DNA of 64,000 nucleotides, taken from positions 736,001 through 800,000 of the forward strand of contig OZ240241.1 of NCBI GenBank assembly GCA_965198115.1. The letters are read 5' to 3'. Numbering within the stretch: position 1 is the first letter of the stretch; each line of letters opens with the position of its first letter. This document shows positions 1 to 10,090 of this stretch, one piece after another. The position numbers were made by a program, and so were the translations under genes. This stretch comes from Candidatus Latescibacterota bacterium (GTDB taxonomy: Bacteria > Latescibacterota > UBA2968). The notes beneath the pieces are model-generated. The model made no database searches. It had not been told where the DNA came from and saw nothing but the letters and a program-made list of their open reading frames with translations.

Positions 1-535
1 GTGCGTGCATCGCTGTCAGTGGCACAAGCGCGAGAACGTCGTCAGCTACCTCCCGGAGGCAGAACGTCCAAGAGTTCGACGGAAACTTCAGAAAGCCTAT
101 GACTGCGACACCTACGAGGAGGCAAAGGCCGCACTCGAATCACTCAAACCCGAACTCAAGCTGATGAATCAGTCTGCCGTGGCAAGCCTCGAGGAAGGAC
201 TGGAGGAAACCCTGACCCTCCACCGGCTGGGGATGCTCCCGTTCTTGAAGCGAAGCTTCCGAACCACCAATTGCATCGAGGCGCTCAACAGCATGACCGG
301 CAACCTGATACGGAAGGTCAACCGCTGGAACAACTCTCCTCAGCGACACAGATGGGTCGCGGCCGCACTCCTCGACATCGAACCACGCCTGCGACGCGTG
401 AGCGGATACAAACACCTCCCGCTGCTCAGGCAAGCACTGAAAAACAACCTGAATCTCGGCGACAATCAAGATGCTCGGCAGAGAGCATGAATACCACGGA
501 GCCCGATGAGTTTCAACTGACTATGGGACTTGACC
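1..535 (+). mobile_element. IS256-family element, 3' part (copy A1); transposase C-terminus ends at 490
   Basis: RCQWHKREN and FRTTNCIEALN mutator-type motifs; matches the copy at 60257-61644; right IR ...TTTCAACTGACTATGGGACTTGACC ends at 535. Confidence 0.95.
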
Positions 536-1266
536 GTGACGAGGTCTTCCCACAGGCGGCTCACCCTCTCGAGCGATTCATCGTCCGATGTGTCTCGAGC
601 GAGCTCTGCGAGGGCAGTAAGGAGATACGTGACGCAGACGGCGTGGCGATCGTTCGCGCTTATCTCCAGCCCGGCGACCGTGTCAGAGATGCCGTGGCGA
701 TGGATCAGCGAGCGGGCGAAATCGCGGTAGGTGAGATCACCCGTGCGGCGGGCGAGCTGAATCAGACCGAGCTCGATGCAGGGATGATAGGTTGCCCCTT
801 GGGGCGAAGCGGTTGCGATCCCTTCGTTTTCATCGAGGTTTTCGAGGGCGTGGGCCCAGTCACAGGCTTTGTCGAGCAGATCCGTATGGCCCGTGGCTCG
901 CTCGTGGGCGACCGCGGCCTGGAAAAAGTGACCTGCCACGTAGAGGTTCTGCCACACTGTGGCGTCTCGTCGAATCGCGGGGTCGGCCTCGGCAATCAGG
1001 TCGGCGATGAGCGTCAGATGAGTGCGGACCCCGGACGCAGGGTCATACTCGACGGCATAGGATGCAGCCTCTGTCCATTTAAACAGGTCGGTAAGACGGG
1101 ACCCGCCGCGCTCGGCTGGTCGTTCGCCCCTGGCGTAAGCGTGGAAAGCGTCGGGTATGGGAGATTGCAACCCGGCGATCAGACTCGCGACGTTCCGGTC
1201 GACGCGTCGACCGAGAAAACCTTCGAGGCGTATGTCCGCGAGAGGGATGGGGGTTAGGGTGTTCAT
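536..1266 (-). pseudogene. GH127 (beta-L-arabinofuranosidase-like) glycoside hydrolase, truncated by IS256
   Basis: Motifs DLFKWTEAASY, LYVAGHFFQAAVAH, HPCIELGL, HAVCVTYL; reading frame runs into the IS end at 535. Confidence 0.75.
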
Positions 1267-1315
1267 TGCTGAATGGGTGCCGGGCTGCAGCTAACGAAGG
1301 CCAACGGATTTAGGA

Positions 1316-1343
1316 GCAAGTAACGAGTTCCGAGTAGCGAGTC
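1316..1343. repeat. Four degenerate 7-mers (GCAAGTA ACGAGTT CCGAGTA GCGAGTC)
   Basis: 7-bp period visible directly; intergenic. Confidence 0.6.
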
Positions 1344-1465
1344 CGGCGTATGCCTTTGCGCTCGACTTGGCGCAGGGATTTCTCACCAGTGTTGTTCGGA
1401 AACCGATCGAGACTGGTTCGAAATGATAGACTGGCTATCGCTGGGTGCGTCGACGGGAGCAACAG

Positions 1466-2528
1466 TTACCGATAGGTGCCCAACCCAAGACCCTGAAGGT
1501 CGGCCAGTTCGTTCCTTTCCTCTGCTTCATACAGCTTCCAGATGACCTGAAGGCCTTCCAAGCTCCCCGTGCCATCCGTCAGCGGGTTCTGACCGGTCTC
1601 GATGCAGTCTATGAAGTGCGCCATTTCTAGCTCGGTGTGTTTGGCGTGTTCGACTTCGAGCAGAACCTCTTCCCTCTGCCTGGCGACGAGCTTGCCCGAG
1701 TCGTGCTCCTCGGCACGTGTATGAGCAATGAGCTGACCGGCGCGGAGTGCGATTTCGAGGGTGCCTTCCTCGCAGTGGGCGTGAAACGAGTAACCCAGGC
1801 GAGTACCGCGGGCGCCCCAGGTTCCGAAATGGTAGCCGAGCACGCCCTCCTCGAATTCGATCGTGACGTTGCTCGTGCCTTCCCCTTCCATCCACGGCGT
1901 ACCCAATCGCGTTCCGATATGTGTGCCTCTGACCGGACGCCCCGCCATCCAGAGCAACAGATCGATGTAATGACAGCCGTGGCTGAAGAACTGGCCTCCG
2001 CCGAGGGTCTCCTTCTTCTGAGTCCAATGACCGCCTTCCCGTCGCGTCAGTTGCTCTGTCCAGATAGATAATTGAAACAGCTTGCCGTAAGCCTCAGCGT
2101 CTAACAGTTCCTTCATCTTCGACACGAGCGGATGGAAGCGCATACAGTACGCGACCATCAGCACGCGGTCCTGCCGCTCCGATTCCTCGATCATTTCGAC
2201 GCATTGCTGCTCGTTCAGCGCCATCGGTTTTTTCCACCATCACGTGTTTGCCCGCACGCAGGCAGTCGATGGTGATCGAATGGTGGAGATGGTGCGGGAC
2301 CACGATTAAGGCCGCGTCGATGGCGTCGTAGATACGAGTGTGGTCGGTCTCGACCCTTGGAGTGCAGTCGAGTAAATCGGCGACCGATTGGGCCTTCTCT
2401 CGCTCGACGTCGACGACGGCCGTGACCTCGATTCGATCGAGGACTTCGGCAAAGCGTGAGGCGTGGGATCGGGCCATTCCTCCGCAGCCGATAATGCCTA
2501 TTCGGGTTTTGCTCAAGACTGCCTCCAA
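1466..2528 (-). CDS. Gfo/Idh/MocA oxidoreductase, frameshifted at ~2230
   Basis: IGIIGCGGMA Rossmann motif; EKPMA split by one extra base in an A-run; GGGQFFSHGCHYIDL. Confidence 0.85.
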
Positions 2529-2538
2529 GTGAGCGAAT

Positions 2539-4107
2539 TCAAATGCCCCGGATACCCCTGAGCTGCTCGACGAGACTCGGCCGAGCTTCAGGCTGGGGTT
2601 CCATTTGTCGTCGGTCCCTCAGGGCGCCGCCGAGTGGACGGGAATCCAGAATCGGCTTTGGGTCGCCCAGTTCTGCCTCTATGAGTTCTGCGAGGAGGTG
2701 ATCCGTGAGTCGACGTTGCACATCCTGGTAAGCTGGGACGTCCCAGAGGTTGTGAAGATCTTCCGGATCATCCGCGACGCTGTAGAGCTCTCCATAGGGG
2801 GCGTGACCGTAGTGAAGCAGCTTCCACTCATCGGTGACCAGCATCTTCACTTTCATCGTGTGTTCGCCGATAACCGAGATCCGTTCGACGATGATGGCGT
2901 CACGGTGCGGGTCGGTCGATCCTGACAGTGTAGCGTGGATCGATCGCCCTTCCATTCCCAGGAGCGGTTTGGCACCCGCAAGGTGGAGGAACGTCGGCGT
3001 GAGGTCGAGGTGCGTCATCACGCTCTCGTAGACGCGAGGTTGCGGTGAACCCGGTTGCCGCCAATAAAACGGCACGCGGTTGACGCACTCGTAGGACATC
3101 ATCGGTTTGGCGGCTACGCCGTGGTCGTTCAGGCCCTCCCCGTGATCGGATGTGAAGACCACGTGGGTGTTTTCAAACAGGCCCTGCACCTCGAGCTCAT
3201 CGAACAGGAGTCCCATTGCATCATCGATGAAGGTTGTCAGCCCGTAATAGTGGGAGACAATCTCCTTCATCCGATCGCCATCCCATCCATCGTGAGTGTT
3301 GTAGCCGCCGTAGGGTTTACCCTCCTTCGCCCACCCATAGTGGGGAGGCTTGTTGCTGACGTCCTCTTGGGGAAGAGGGGTGGGCATTTCGTCCAGTGGA
3401 TACATATCACAGTACGGCCGTGGTGGAGCGAAGGGTTGGTGGGGGTCTGCGAAGGACATCCAGAGGAAGAACGGTTGATCAGAATCGCGATTGCGGAGCC
3501 AGGCCACAGACCGGTCCGCTGTCCAACGCGTGTAATGCCATTCTGCGGGAATGGCGTTCTTCCAGGAGGTGTAGGCACCCGTCGGCGGTTCGAGTGCGTT
3601 TTCCTTTCGCCAAAGGGTGAGGCCTTCGGGATGATTCCGCTCGAGCCAGACGCGCCAGTGGCCTGCAGCGTAGGCGTGTCCGGTGTGGAGCTCCGCGTGT
3701 TCGAAACCATAGTAGGGACCATACCACAAACCGTCGTCCCTCACGGTCGACCCCGAGGGCGGTTGGTCGGGAAGCACGTTCTCGATGTCTGCGGTGCGGA
3801 AGTGGGCTTTGCCGATCAGAGCCGTCGCGTAGCCGGCCTCCTGCAGGCTGTCGCCGAGCACGGGGATGGCTTCGCTGAGGTTGACGTCGTGGTTGAAGAC
3901 CTGATGTCCGCGCTGGCTGCGGCCGGTGATCATACTGGCACGCGAGGGCATACAGATGGCGTTCGTCGGGTAAGCGCGACTGAATCGGACACCCTCGTTC
4001 GCGAGGCGATCCATATTGGGGGTCTTCAGGATGGGATTGTGCAGACCGACAGCGTCCCAGCGCTGCTGGTCGGTCGTGATGAAGATGAAGTTGGGTTGCT
4101 GACCCAT
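2539..4107 (-). CDS. Sulfatase (formylglycine-dependent family)
   Basis: PNFIFITTDQQR, CMPSRASMITG (CxPxR), GKAH, SDHG. Confidence 0.93.
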   Translation of the reverse strand: MGQQPNFIFITTDQQRWDAVGLHNPILKTPNMDRLANEGVRFSRAYPTNAICMPSRASMITGRSQRGHQVFNHDVNLSEAIPVLGDSLQEAGYATALIGKAHFRTADIENVLPDQPPSGSTVRDDGLWYGPYYGFEHAELHTGHAYAAGHWRVWLERNHPEGLTLWRKENALEPPTGAYTSWKNAIPAEWHYTRWTADRSVAWLRNRDSDQPFFLWMSFADPHQPFAPPRPYCDMYPLDEMPTPLPQEDVSNKPPHYGWAKEGKPYGGYNTHDGWDGDRMKEIVSHYYGLTTFIDDAMGLLFDELEVQGLFENTHVVFTSDHGEGLNDHGVAAKPMMSYECVNRVPFYWRQPGSPQPRVYESVMTHLDLTPTFLHLAGAKPLLGMEGRSIHATLSGSTDPHRDAIIVERISVIGEHTMKVKMLVTDEWKLLHYGHAPYGELYSVADDPEDLHNLWDVPAYQDVQRRLTDHLLAELIEAELGDPKPILDSRPLGGALRDRRQMEPQPEARPSLVEQLRGIRGI

Positions 4108-4108
4108 A

Positions 4109-4522
4109 TCAAGGCCTATGGATGAAACGATCTTCGGGGATCACGGCGACGGCTTCGATCTCGATCAGCCAGTCCGGGTCGATCAACTGGGCAACTTGGA
4201 CGAGACTGCTTGCAGGATAGGGTGGCTTGAAGAATTCTCGCCGAACATCGTGGATCGTCATGATTTCAGACACATCGGTCACGAAGACCGTCACCTTTGC
4301 GATATCGTCCATCGTCCCGCCGGCGTGGGCGAGCACATCCCGGATACTTTCGAGGGCCTTGCGTGTCTGAGCTTCCATACTGCCTTTTCCGACGGTCTCC
4401 CCCGACACGTCCTTGCAGACGTGACCAGAAACGTGCAGTACGCGACCGGGTGGCTGCCAGGCGGCGCTCGAGAAAGCGCCGAACGGCTCGATGACGCCGG
4501 GGACGTTGAATCCGTGGGCCAT
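4109..4522 (-). CDS. RidA/YjgF/YER057c family protein
   Basis: SGHV, QTRKALESI, KVTVFV, LIEIEAVA; AGGAGG RBS. Confidence 0.9.
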   Translation of the reverse strand: MAHGFNVPGVIEPFGAFSSAAWQPPGRVLHVSGHVCKDVSGETVGKGSMEAQTRKALESIRDVLAHAGGTMDDIAKVTVFVTDVSEIMTIHDVRREFFKPPYPASSLVQVAQLIDPDWLIEIEAVAVIPEDRFIHRP

Positions 4523-4535
4523 TTGACCTCCTGAT

Positions 4536-4564
4536 GTGTTCAGTGTGTTCAGTGTTCAGGAAAC
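4536..4564. repeat. (GTGTTCA)x3 + GGAAAC intergenic motif, copy 1
   Basis: Recurs at 7451-7470 and 10013-10039. Confidence 0.85.
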
Positions 4565-4581
4565 CACAATACGCTGTTGCA

Positions 4582-5437
4582 CTACGTACTGGATCGAACG
4601 AGGTCGCATAGTCGGTCTAACGTAACGCCAACTGTCGTGAGACCTCTCTCTTCACACGCCTCTTCGAGTGTACAGATTATCGTTTCCAGGTTTTTGCGGG
4701 ACGGATTTTTCGGATCGGTGTAATCCTGGTCGTTGTGCGTATCCGTGACGATCGTGCCAAAGTCGGGCTCGTCTTCCACGAATCGGTCCAGAATATCGAG
4801 AATGACTTTGGCGTGGTCGTAAGTATGGGGAATGTAGGGCCACTCGAAGCCCTGTTCGCCTGCGTGTCCACGGGCAACCGGCCGTCCGTAGGCGACAGAA
4901 ACGGGCACTTCGATGAAGTCGGAATCGCCCGATATGAGGCGGAACGCATCGTGAGCGGATGCGACCCGGGTTGGAAAGGCTGCCTCCGGCAAAGCCGAGC
5001 GATTGGAGGACAGCTATGGTCGAGTCGTTGGCGGAAAAGTAGCCTGCCCGGAAGTATCGAGGTTTGAACCCGAGGGCGTTTTCCCAGACGCCGATCGCTT
5101 CATTCAAGATCGACCGTTGCTCATCGGCCGAATAGGACCCCAGGTCGTGGTTATATCGATCGCCCGCAAACTTGTAGGGGTGCAGGTGCAAACCCAGACA
5201 CGTCCCTTCACGCTCCAGTTCCAGCAGGAGATCCGCCTGGGCGTCGGCTACTTCGGGGTGGACAAAGAGCGTGACAGGATATCCTGCCGTTGTCGCTGCC
5301 TCCACGAATCCGCGGATTGACCGCTCGCTTTCGCGATACTCCTTCGGACCGCTGCCGGACATCCGGGCGCCGTGGTCGCTGACGTCGATCCTCGCCGACT
5401 CGCAGTCCATCGTTAGCAGCACGAACGCCTGCCCCAT
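4582..5437 (-). pseudogene. Polysaccharide deacetylase-like (NodB fold) protein, frame broken at ~4955
   Basis: LLTMDCE, VTLFVHP, GLHLHP, YFRAGYFSAND; C-terminal half (4582-4992) lies in another frame. Confidence 0.7.
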
Positions 5438-5440
5438 CGT

Positions 5441-6361
5441 TCAGTAGAGCCTGCTATAGTCCGCGCCCGTCACGTTCCCTGCAATATACCGATCGCGGAA
5501 GAGCGTCTGTCGAATAGGGGGCATCGCGTCGAAGACGTCAGGATCGGGCTTCTGGATCGGCGCCCATCCGCCGTCGACTTGGTTGTAGAGCCCCGCGACA
5601 GCGATCCGGTCGTTCTCTTCGTTCGTCCAGGGATGTGCGCTATGCGTTGTTGCTTCTGCGAAGAATAGGACGGATCCGGCCGGACACTCGTACGTCGTCC
5701 AGACATCAGAGTCCGGGTCCTGGATCTCATCGGGCGCGGTGAACACGGATTTATGGCTGCCGGTAACCAGCATCGTCCCGCCCTGCCAGTACTTGACCGA
5801 ATTGAGCTCCCAGACGATCCGAAAGTGCGGGCAGAAGCTCTTCCCCGGGAACGAGTCATAAAAGTGGACGTCGCCGGGGAGTCGCATCAATCCATTTCCA
5901 TTGTGTGGTGAGAACTCACGATCCTCCTTCTTCCCCTTGGTTCTGCGAGAGGGGGCCGTCCGGTACCACAACGCGAGGTTGCAGATGCTGAACCCGTAGC
6001 ACTCCTGGCTGGAGAGAGATGGGTTCGCCGTGAACTCGTTGAGCATTCCTACGGCCACTGGATGGTCGAGGAGACGCTCCGTCGGGCCCGAGTACATCGA
6101 TCGTTCGTGTTCCGGGATGGATTCGGGGTCGTGGTGAAGTCGTTCGCACCATTCACGCATTTCTGCGACGTCATCGGGTGATAGGACTTCCGGAATCAGG
6201 AGCCACCCGTCTTTGTCGAAGCGGTACTTCTGCTCGACCGTGGGTTCGACGATGGGCAAACCATCACCGTTCAGTTTGGGTAACTCCTCCTCGTAGGGTG
6301 CGAGAGGCACCCCCATACTCAAATTGACGATGTAGGGTGTCGCAGTGCCGTTGGCGGCCAC
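5441..6361 (-). CDS. PhyH-family Fe(II)/2OG oxygenase with HxG motif
   Basis: FDKDGWLLIPEVL, PHNGNG, AGSVLFFAEATTHS, DRIA; likely GTG start at 6361 just after the upstream stop. Confidence 0.85.
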   Translation of the reverse strand: MAANGTATPYIVNLSMGVPLAPYEEELPKLNGDGLPIVEPTVEQKYRFDKDGWLLIPEVLSPDDVAEMREWCERLHHDPESIPEHERSMYSGPTERLLDHPVAVGMLNEFTANPSLSSQECYGFSICNLALWYRTAPSRRTKGKKEDREFSPHNGNGLMRLPGDVHFYDSFPGKSFCPHFRIVWELNSVKYWQGGTMLVTGSHKSVFTAPDEIQDPDSDVWTTYECPAGSVLFFAEATTHSAHPWTNEENDRIAVAGLYNQVDGGWAPIQKPDPDVFDAMPPIRQTLFRDRYIAGNVTGADYSRLY

Positions 6362-6363
6362 AG

Positions 6364-7290
6364 TCAGCCCTCCTGCTCTTCGACGTAGGCGGACGTCCGT
6401 TCTCTGAAGGCACCGTCCCTCACGTTGTTCGGTGCCTCGGGCGGTCGGAACAGAGACTGACGCTTCTCCGGCATCCTGGCCAGCAGGTCCGGATGAGGAA
6501 GCCAGTTCTTCCAACGGTTCGTGACCGTGTTGTAGAGGTTGAAGATGGCGAGTCGGAAACCCTCTGTATCGGTCCATTCTGCCGCACTGTGGGAAAGGCA
6601 CTCGGTGAAGAAAAGAGCCGATCCGGCTGGACATTCGTAGGTATCCCAGAGTGGAGAGTCGGATCGCATCGCACTCTCGGGGGCAGGATACGCCGCTTTA
6701 TGGCTGCCCGTGAGCAGGAGCGTGCCGCCGCATCCCTTCTTCACGGGATTGAGTTCCCAGACGACACGGGTCAGGCCGCTCCAGGACTTGCCCGGGACGC
6801 TTCGGTAGTAGTGAGAGTCCCACGGCGGTCGGAAGAGACCGTTTCCGTTGTGGGGTGAGAATTTGCCCTGAACGTCTTCCTGCTTCGAGCGGAACAGGAG
6901 CGAGGAGGACTCGAGTCGGAAGCCATAGCTGTCCTGGCTTGTTAGCGGCGGATAGGCGAGGAATTCGTTCAGGAACCCAACGGCGATAGGATGATCGGCC
7001 AGCTTTTGAAGCGGGCCACCCAGTCCGTTTCGCTCAGGTTCGGGGATCGATTCCGGATCTCGATGGAGTCGTTCCGCGAAGGCCTGCATCTCCGCGAGCT
7101 CATCCCCAGACAGTACGGCCGGTATCATCAGCCATCCGTTCCGATCGAAGTCGTATTTCTGCCGTTCCATGAATGGGACAACGGGAAGACCGTCTGCGTT
7201 CGTCGAGGTCAGATCCTCTGTCCGTGTGAGCACCGGACTCCCGAGGTTCTTGTTGATGACGAAAGGGTCTCGCCTCACGATCGTCTTCAT
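6364..7290 (-). CDS. PhyH-family Fe(II)/2OG oxygenase with HxG motif (paralog of 5441-6361)
   Basis: FDRNGWLMIPAVL, PHNGNG, AGSALFFTECLSHS; GGAGG RBS. Confidence 0.88.
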   Translation of the reverse strand: MKTIVRRDPFVINKNLGSPVLTRTEDLTSTNADGLPVVPFMERQKYDFDRNGWLMIPAVLSGDELAEMQAFAERLHRDPESIPEPERNGLGGPLQKLADHPIAVGFLNEFLAYPPLTSQDSYGFRLESSSLLFRSKQEDVQGKFSPHNGNGLFRPPWDSHYYRSVPGKSWSGLTRVVWELNPVKKGCGGTLLLTGSHKAAYPAPESAMRSDSPLWDTYECPAGSALFFTECLSHSAAEWTDTEGFRLAIFNLYNTVTNRWKNWLPHPDLLARMPEKRQSLFRPPEAPNNVRDGAFRERTSAYVEEQEG

Positions 7291-7308
7291 TCGAACTTCC
7301 TCCCTTGT

Positions 7309-7431
7309 TCAGTTTCCTGCCGTTTGGCTGTCACGAAGACCCTTGTAGGCCTCGGTCGCCGATTGGGGCCGGTCGTAGTCGACAGTCCACTCACGTTCTT
7401 CGCTGAGTCTATCCAGGATGGACTGCGGCAT
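7309..7431 (-). CDS. Unannotated 40-aa ORF MPQSILDRLSEEREWTVDYDRPQSATEAYKGLRDSQTAGN
   Basis: AAAGGAG RBS 6 nt before ATG; fills the gap between the GcvT-like gene and the PhyH pair; below the ORF-track cutoff. Confidence 0.6.
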   Translation of the reverse strand: MPQSILDRLSEEREWTVDYDRPQSATEAYKGLRDSQTAGN

Positions 7432-7450
7432 GTGGACTCCTTTACTAAAG

Positions 7451-7470
7451 GTGTTCAGTGTTCGGGAAAC
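7451..7470. repeat. GTGTTCA GTGTTCG GGAAAC motif, copy 2
   Basis: Same motif as 4536-4564. Confidence 0.8.
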
Positions 7471-7498
7471 CGTGACTTCGTCCGGACATCTACAATCG

Positions 7499-9945
7499 CT
7501 AGCAGATCAGACGCTTTCGTTTGGGATCCCATAGAGGTTCTTTGACGACGGTTGCCTCGAAGCGATGGCCGAAGTACTCGATTTCGACGCTCGTACCCTT
7601 CTCTGCGTACGATACGGGCAGGTAGCCGTAGGCGATGTGGCTTCCGACGGTGTATCCGCGGTTGGTGCTCGTGACGTATCCCAGGACGCGATCGCCATCG
7701 AGGATCGGTTCCTTTCCGAGAATGACTGCCTCAGGGTCGTCGAGCGTCATACAGCAGAGCTTTCGGTTGGTACCGGCATCCTTGGCTCGAAGAAGAGCGA
7801 TCTTGCCGATGAAGTCGTCTTTTTCAAAGTCGACTGCCCAGGCCAGACCCGCTTCGAGAGGGTTATAGTCGGTGTGAATGTCCGTTCCCCACAAGCGATA
7901 TCCTTTTTCCAGGCGGAGCGAGTCGAACGCGCCCGAACCGAGAGGAACCATACCCATAGGACGGCCTGCTTCCCAGAGGATGTCCCACAGACGCAGCCCT
8001 GTTTCCGAAGCCGTATAAATCTCCCACCCTAATTCTCCCGCGTAGGAGAGCCGAAGAGCCAGTGCAGGGATGTGGTCGATCGAGAGATCCTTCGTGGTGA
8101 AGTAGGTGAACGAGGAGTTGGTCACGTCATCGTCACAAACTTGCTGCAGGAGATCCCGCGCCCGAGGGCCCCACAATCCGACCCCGCACAAGCTCGAGGT
8201 GATGTCGGCGATTCGGACGGAATCATCCGAAGGCGCCTGGAATCGGATCCACGCCAGGTCACGCGATCCGGCCGCCGCACCCGTGAGGACGAGAAAGCGA
8301 TCCTCTTCCAGGCGAGTGATGGTCAGGTCACACTTGATGCCGCCACGCCCTGTCAGCAGAGAGGTGTAGATCACCTTTCCGACGGGCTGGTCGATCCGGT
8401 TCGCGGCAATGTGTTGCAGGAACCCGAGGGCGCCGGCGCCGCTGACTTCGATCTTGGTGAAAGGACTCAGGTCGTAGAGTGTCACGTTTTCCCGTGTTGC
8501 CCTGTGCTCCGATCCCTGGGTGAGGGACCAGTTGATCGCTTCCCAACCGGATCGGTCGGGCCACGACGGATCGCGCTCCAGATCGTCGTTGGATTCGAAC
8601 CATTGCGGTTGTTCCCAGCCGGTGTTTTCGAAGAAGACCGCTCCGAGGTCTCTCTGCCGCTCATAGAAGGGTGAGAGTCTGAGCCGCCGTGGGTTTTCCA
8701 TCTGCTGAAGTGGATGGATGATGTCGTAGACCTCGCGATACTGCTGGGCGCCTCGGGCCTTCACGTAGGATGGCGTCAACGCGTGGGGGGCGAATCGGTT
8801 GAGGTCGGCTTCCCTGAGATCGGAGCTGGGTGTTCCTTCCACCATCCATTCCGCCATCGCCTTGCCAGCGCCGCCTGCGTGGGTGATCCAGATCGCCTCC
8901 GCGACCCAGAACCCTTTCACGTCGGGCGACTCACCGAGAAGGGGCATTCCGTCCGGTGTGAAGGAGAACATCCCGTTGATCCGGTAGGGCAGCTCGGCAC
9001 CACGGAGGGGAGGCATCAGCTCGATCGCAGCTTCGTGAGCCGCCTCGAAATGCTCGGGCGTGAACTCTCGGATTGCCGGGGTGTTCGCGGCCTGATCGTG
9101 GTCGAGGATGTCGTGGGGATCCACGAGCAGAGGTGTGTGCCGGTAGGAGCCAATCCCATAACAGTCCGCGTGCTGGCGAAAGTACATCGCACTGTCCTGG
9201 TGGCGCAGGACCGGATGCACGACTTCTCTCGTTTTGCCAGCCAAGTCGGCCAGTGGCTCGGTGATCGTGTAGATGTGCTCGATGGGCGTCAGGGGAATGG
9301 GCACGGCGGCCATTTCACCGACGCGGGGTCCCCAGATTCCAGCGCAGACGAGAACCTGCTCGGTTTGGATCCGCCCCTCCGACGTCCGTACGGCGTGGAT
9401 GCGCCCGTTTTTGACCTCGATCCCCTCGACGGTCACGTTGCCGTGGAACGATGCACGCTCCCCGGCATCCCTGGCCATCGCCTCCCCTGCGCGGACCGCT
9501 TTGGCGATGCCATCGCCGGGAACGAAGTAGGCTCCGTGGATCTTGTTCGGGTCCATCAGGGGCACTTTGTCGGTCGCTTCGGATGGGGAGAGGAGAGCGG
9601 CGTCCACGCCCCAGGACTTGGCGACCCCGCCTTCCGGGCGAGATCCTTCCACCGTTCCTTCGTGTAGGCGACCTCCATCCCACCGACGTGATGCCAGCAG
9701 GGCTCGCCGTCGAGCTCGAGATCACCGTAGAGCGCGACCGTGTAGCGAGCAAAGTCGGTCATCATTTTCGAGAAGTTGGTTTGGAAAACGCCTCCAGGCG
9801 CGTGAGAGGTCGATCCACCGGTCTCCCAAAGCGGGCCCTGATCCAGGACGACGATATCACACCATCCCATCCGCGTTAGGTGGTAGACCGTGCTGCATCC
9901 GACGATGCCAGCGCCTATGACGACGAGGTTGGCTTGGTCTTTCAT
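7499..9945 (-). CDS. FAD-dependent dimethylglycine/sarcosine dehydrogenase-like protein with GcvT domains, frameshifted at ~9630
   Basis: VVIGAGIVG, GGSTSHAPG, FSFTPDG, SYAGELGWE, LRLEKGYR; one G missing in a G-run (ARKAG|VAKSWG). Confidence 0.9.
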
Positions 9946-10012
9946 AGGTGACCGAGTAGACGGAGCTTCATCGATTGATCGGAGAAGCTGGTGAGTAAGG
10001 CCGGCAGGGAGA

Positions 10013-10039
10013 GTGTTCGGTGTTCAGTGTTCAGGAAAG
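10013..10039. repeat. GTGTTCG GTGTTCA GTGTTCA GGAAAG motif, copy 3
   Basis: Same motif as 4536-4564. Confidence 0.85.
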
Positions 10040-10090
10040 CCTGCTTTCGCTGAGCCAGCGATGAAAACTGTAATGGCGCTCAACGTTCTT

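Noticed and set aside
9946-10090. Glycine riboswitch upstream of the GcvT-like gene
   Set aside because: No recognisable glycine aptamer core on the coding strand
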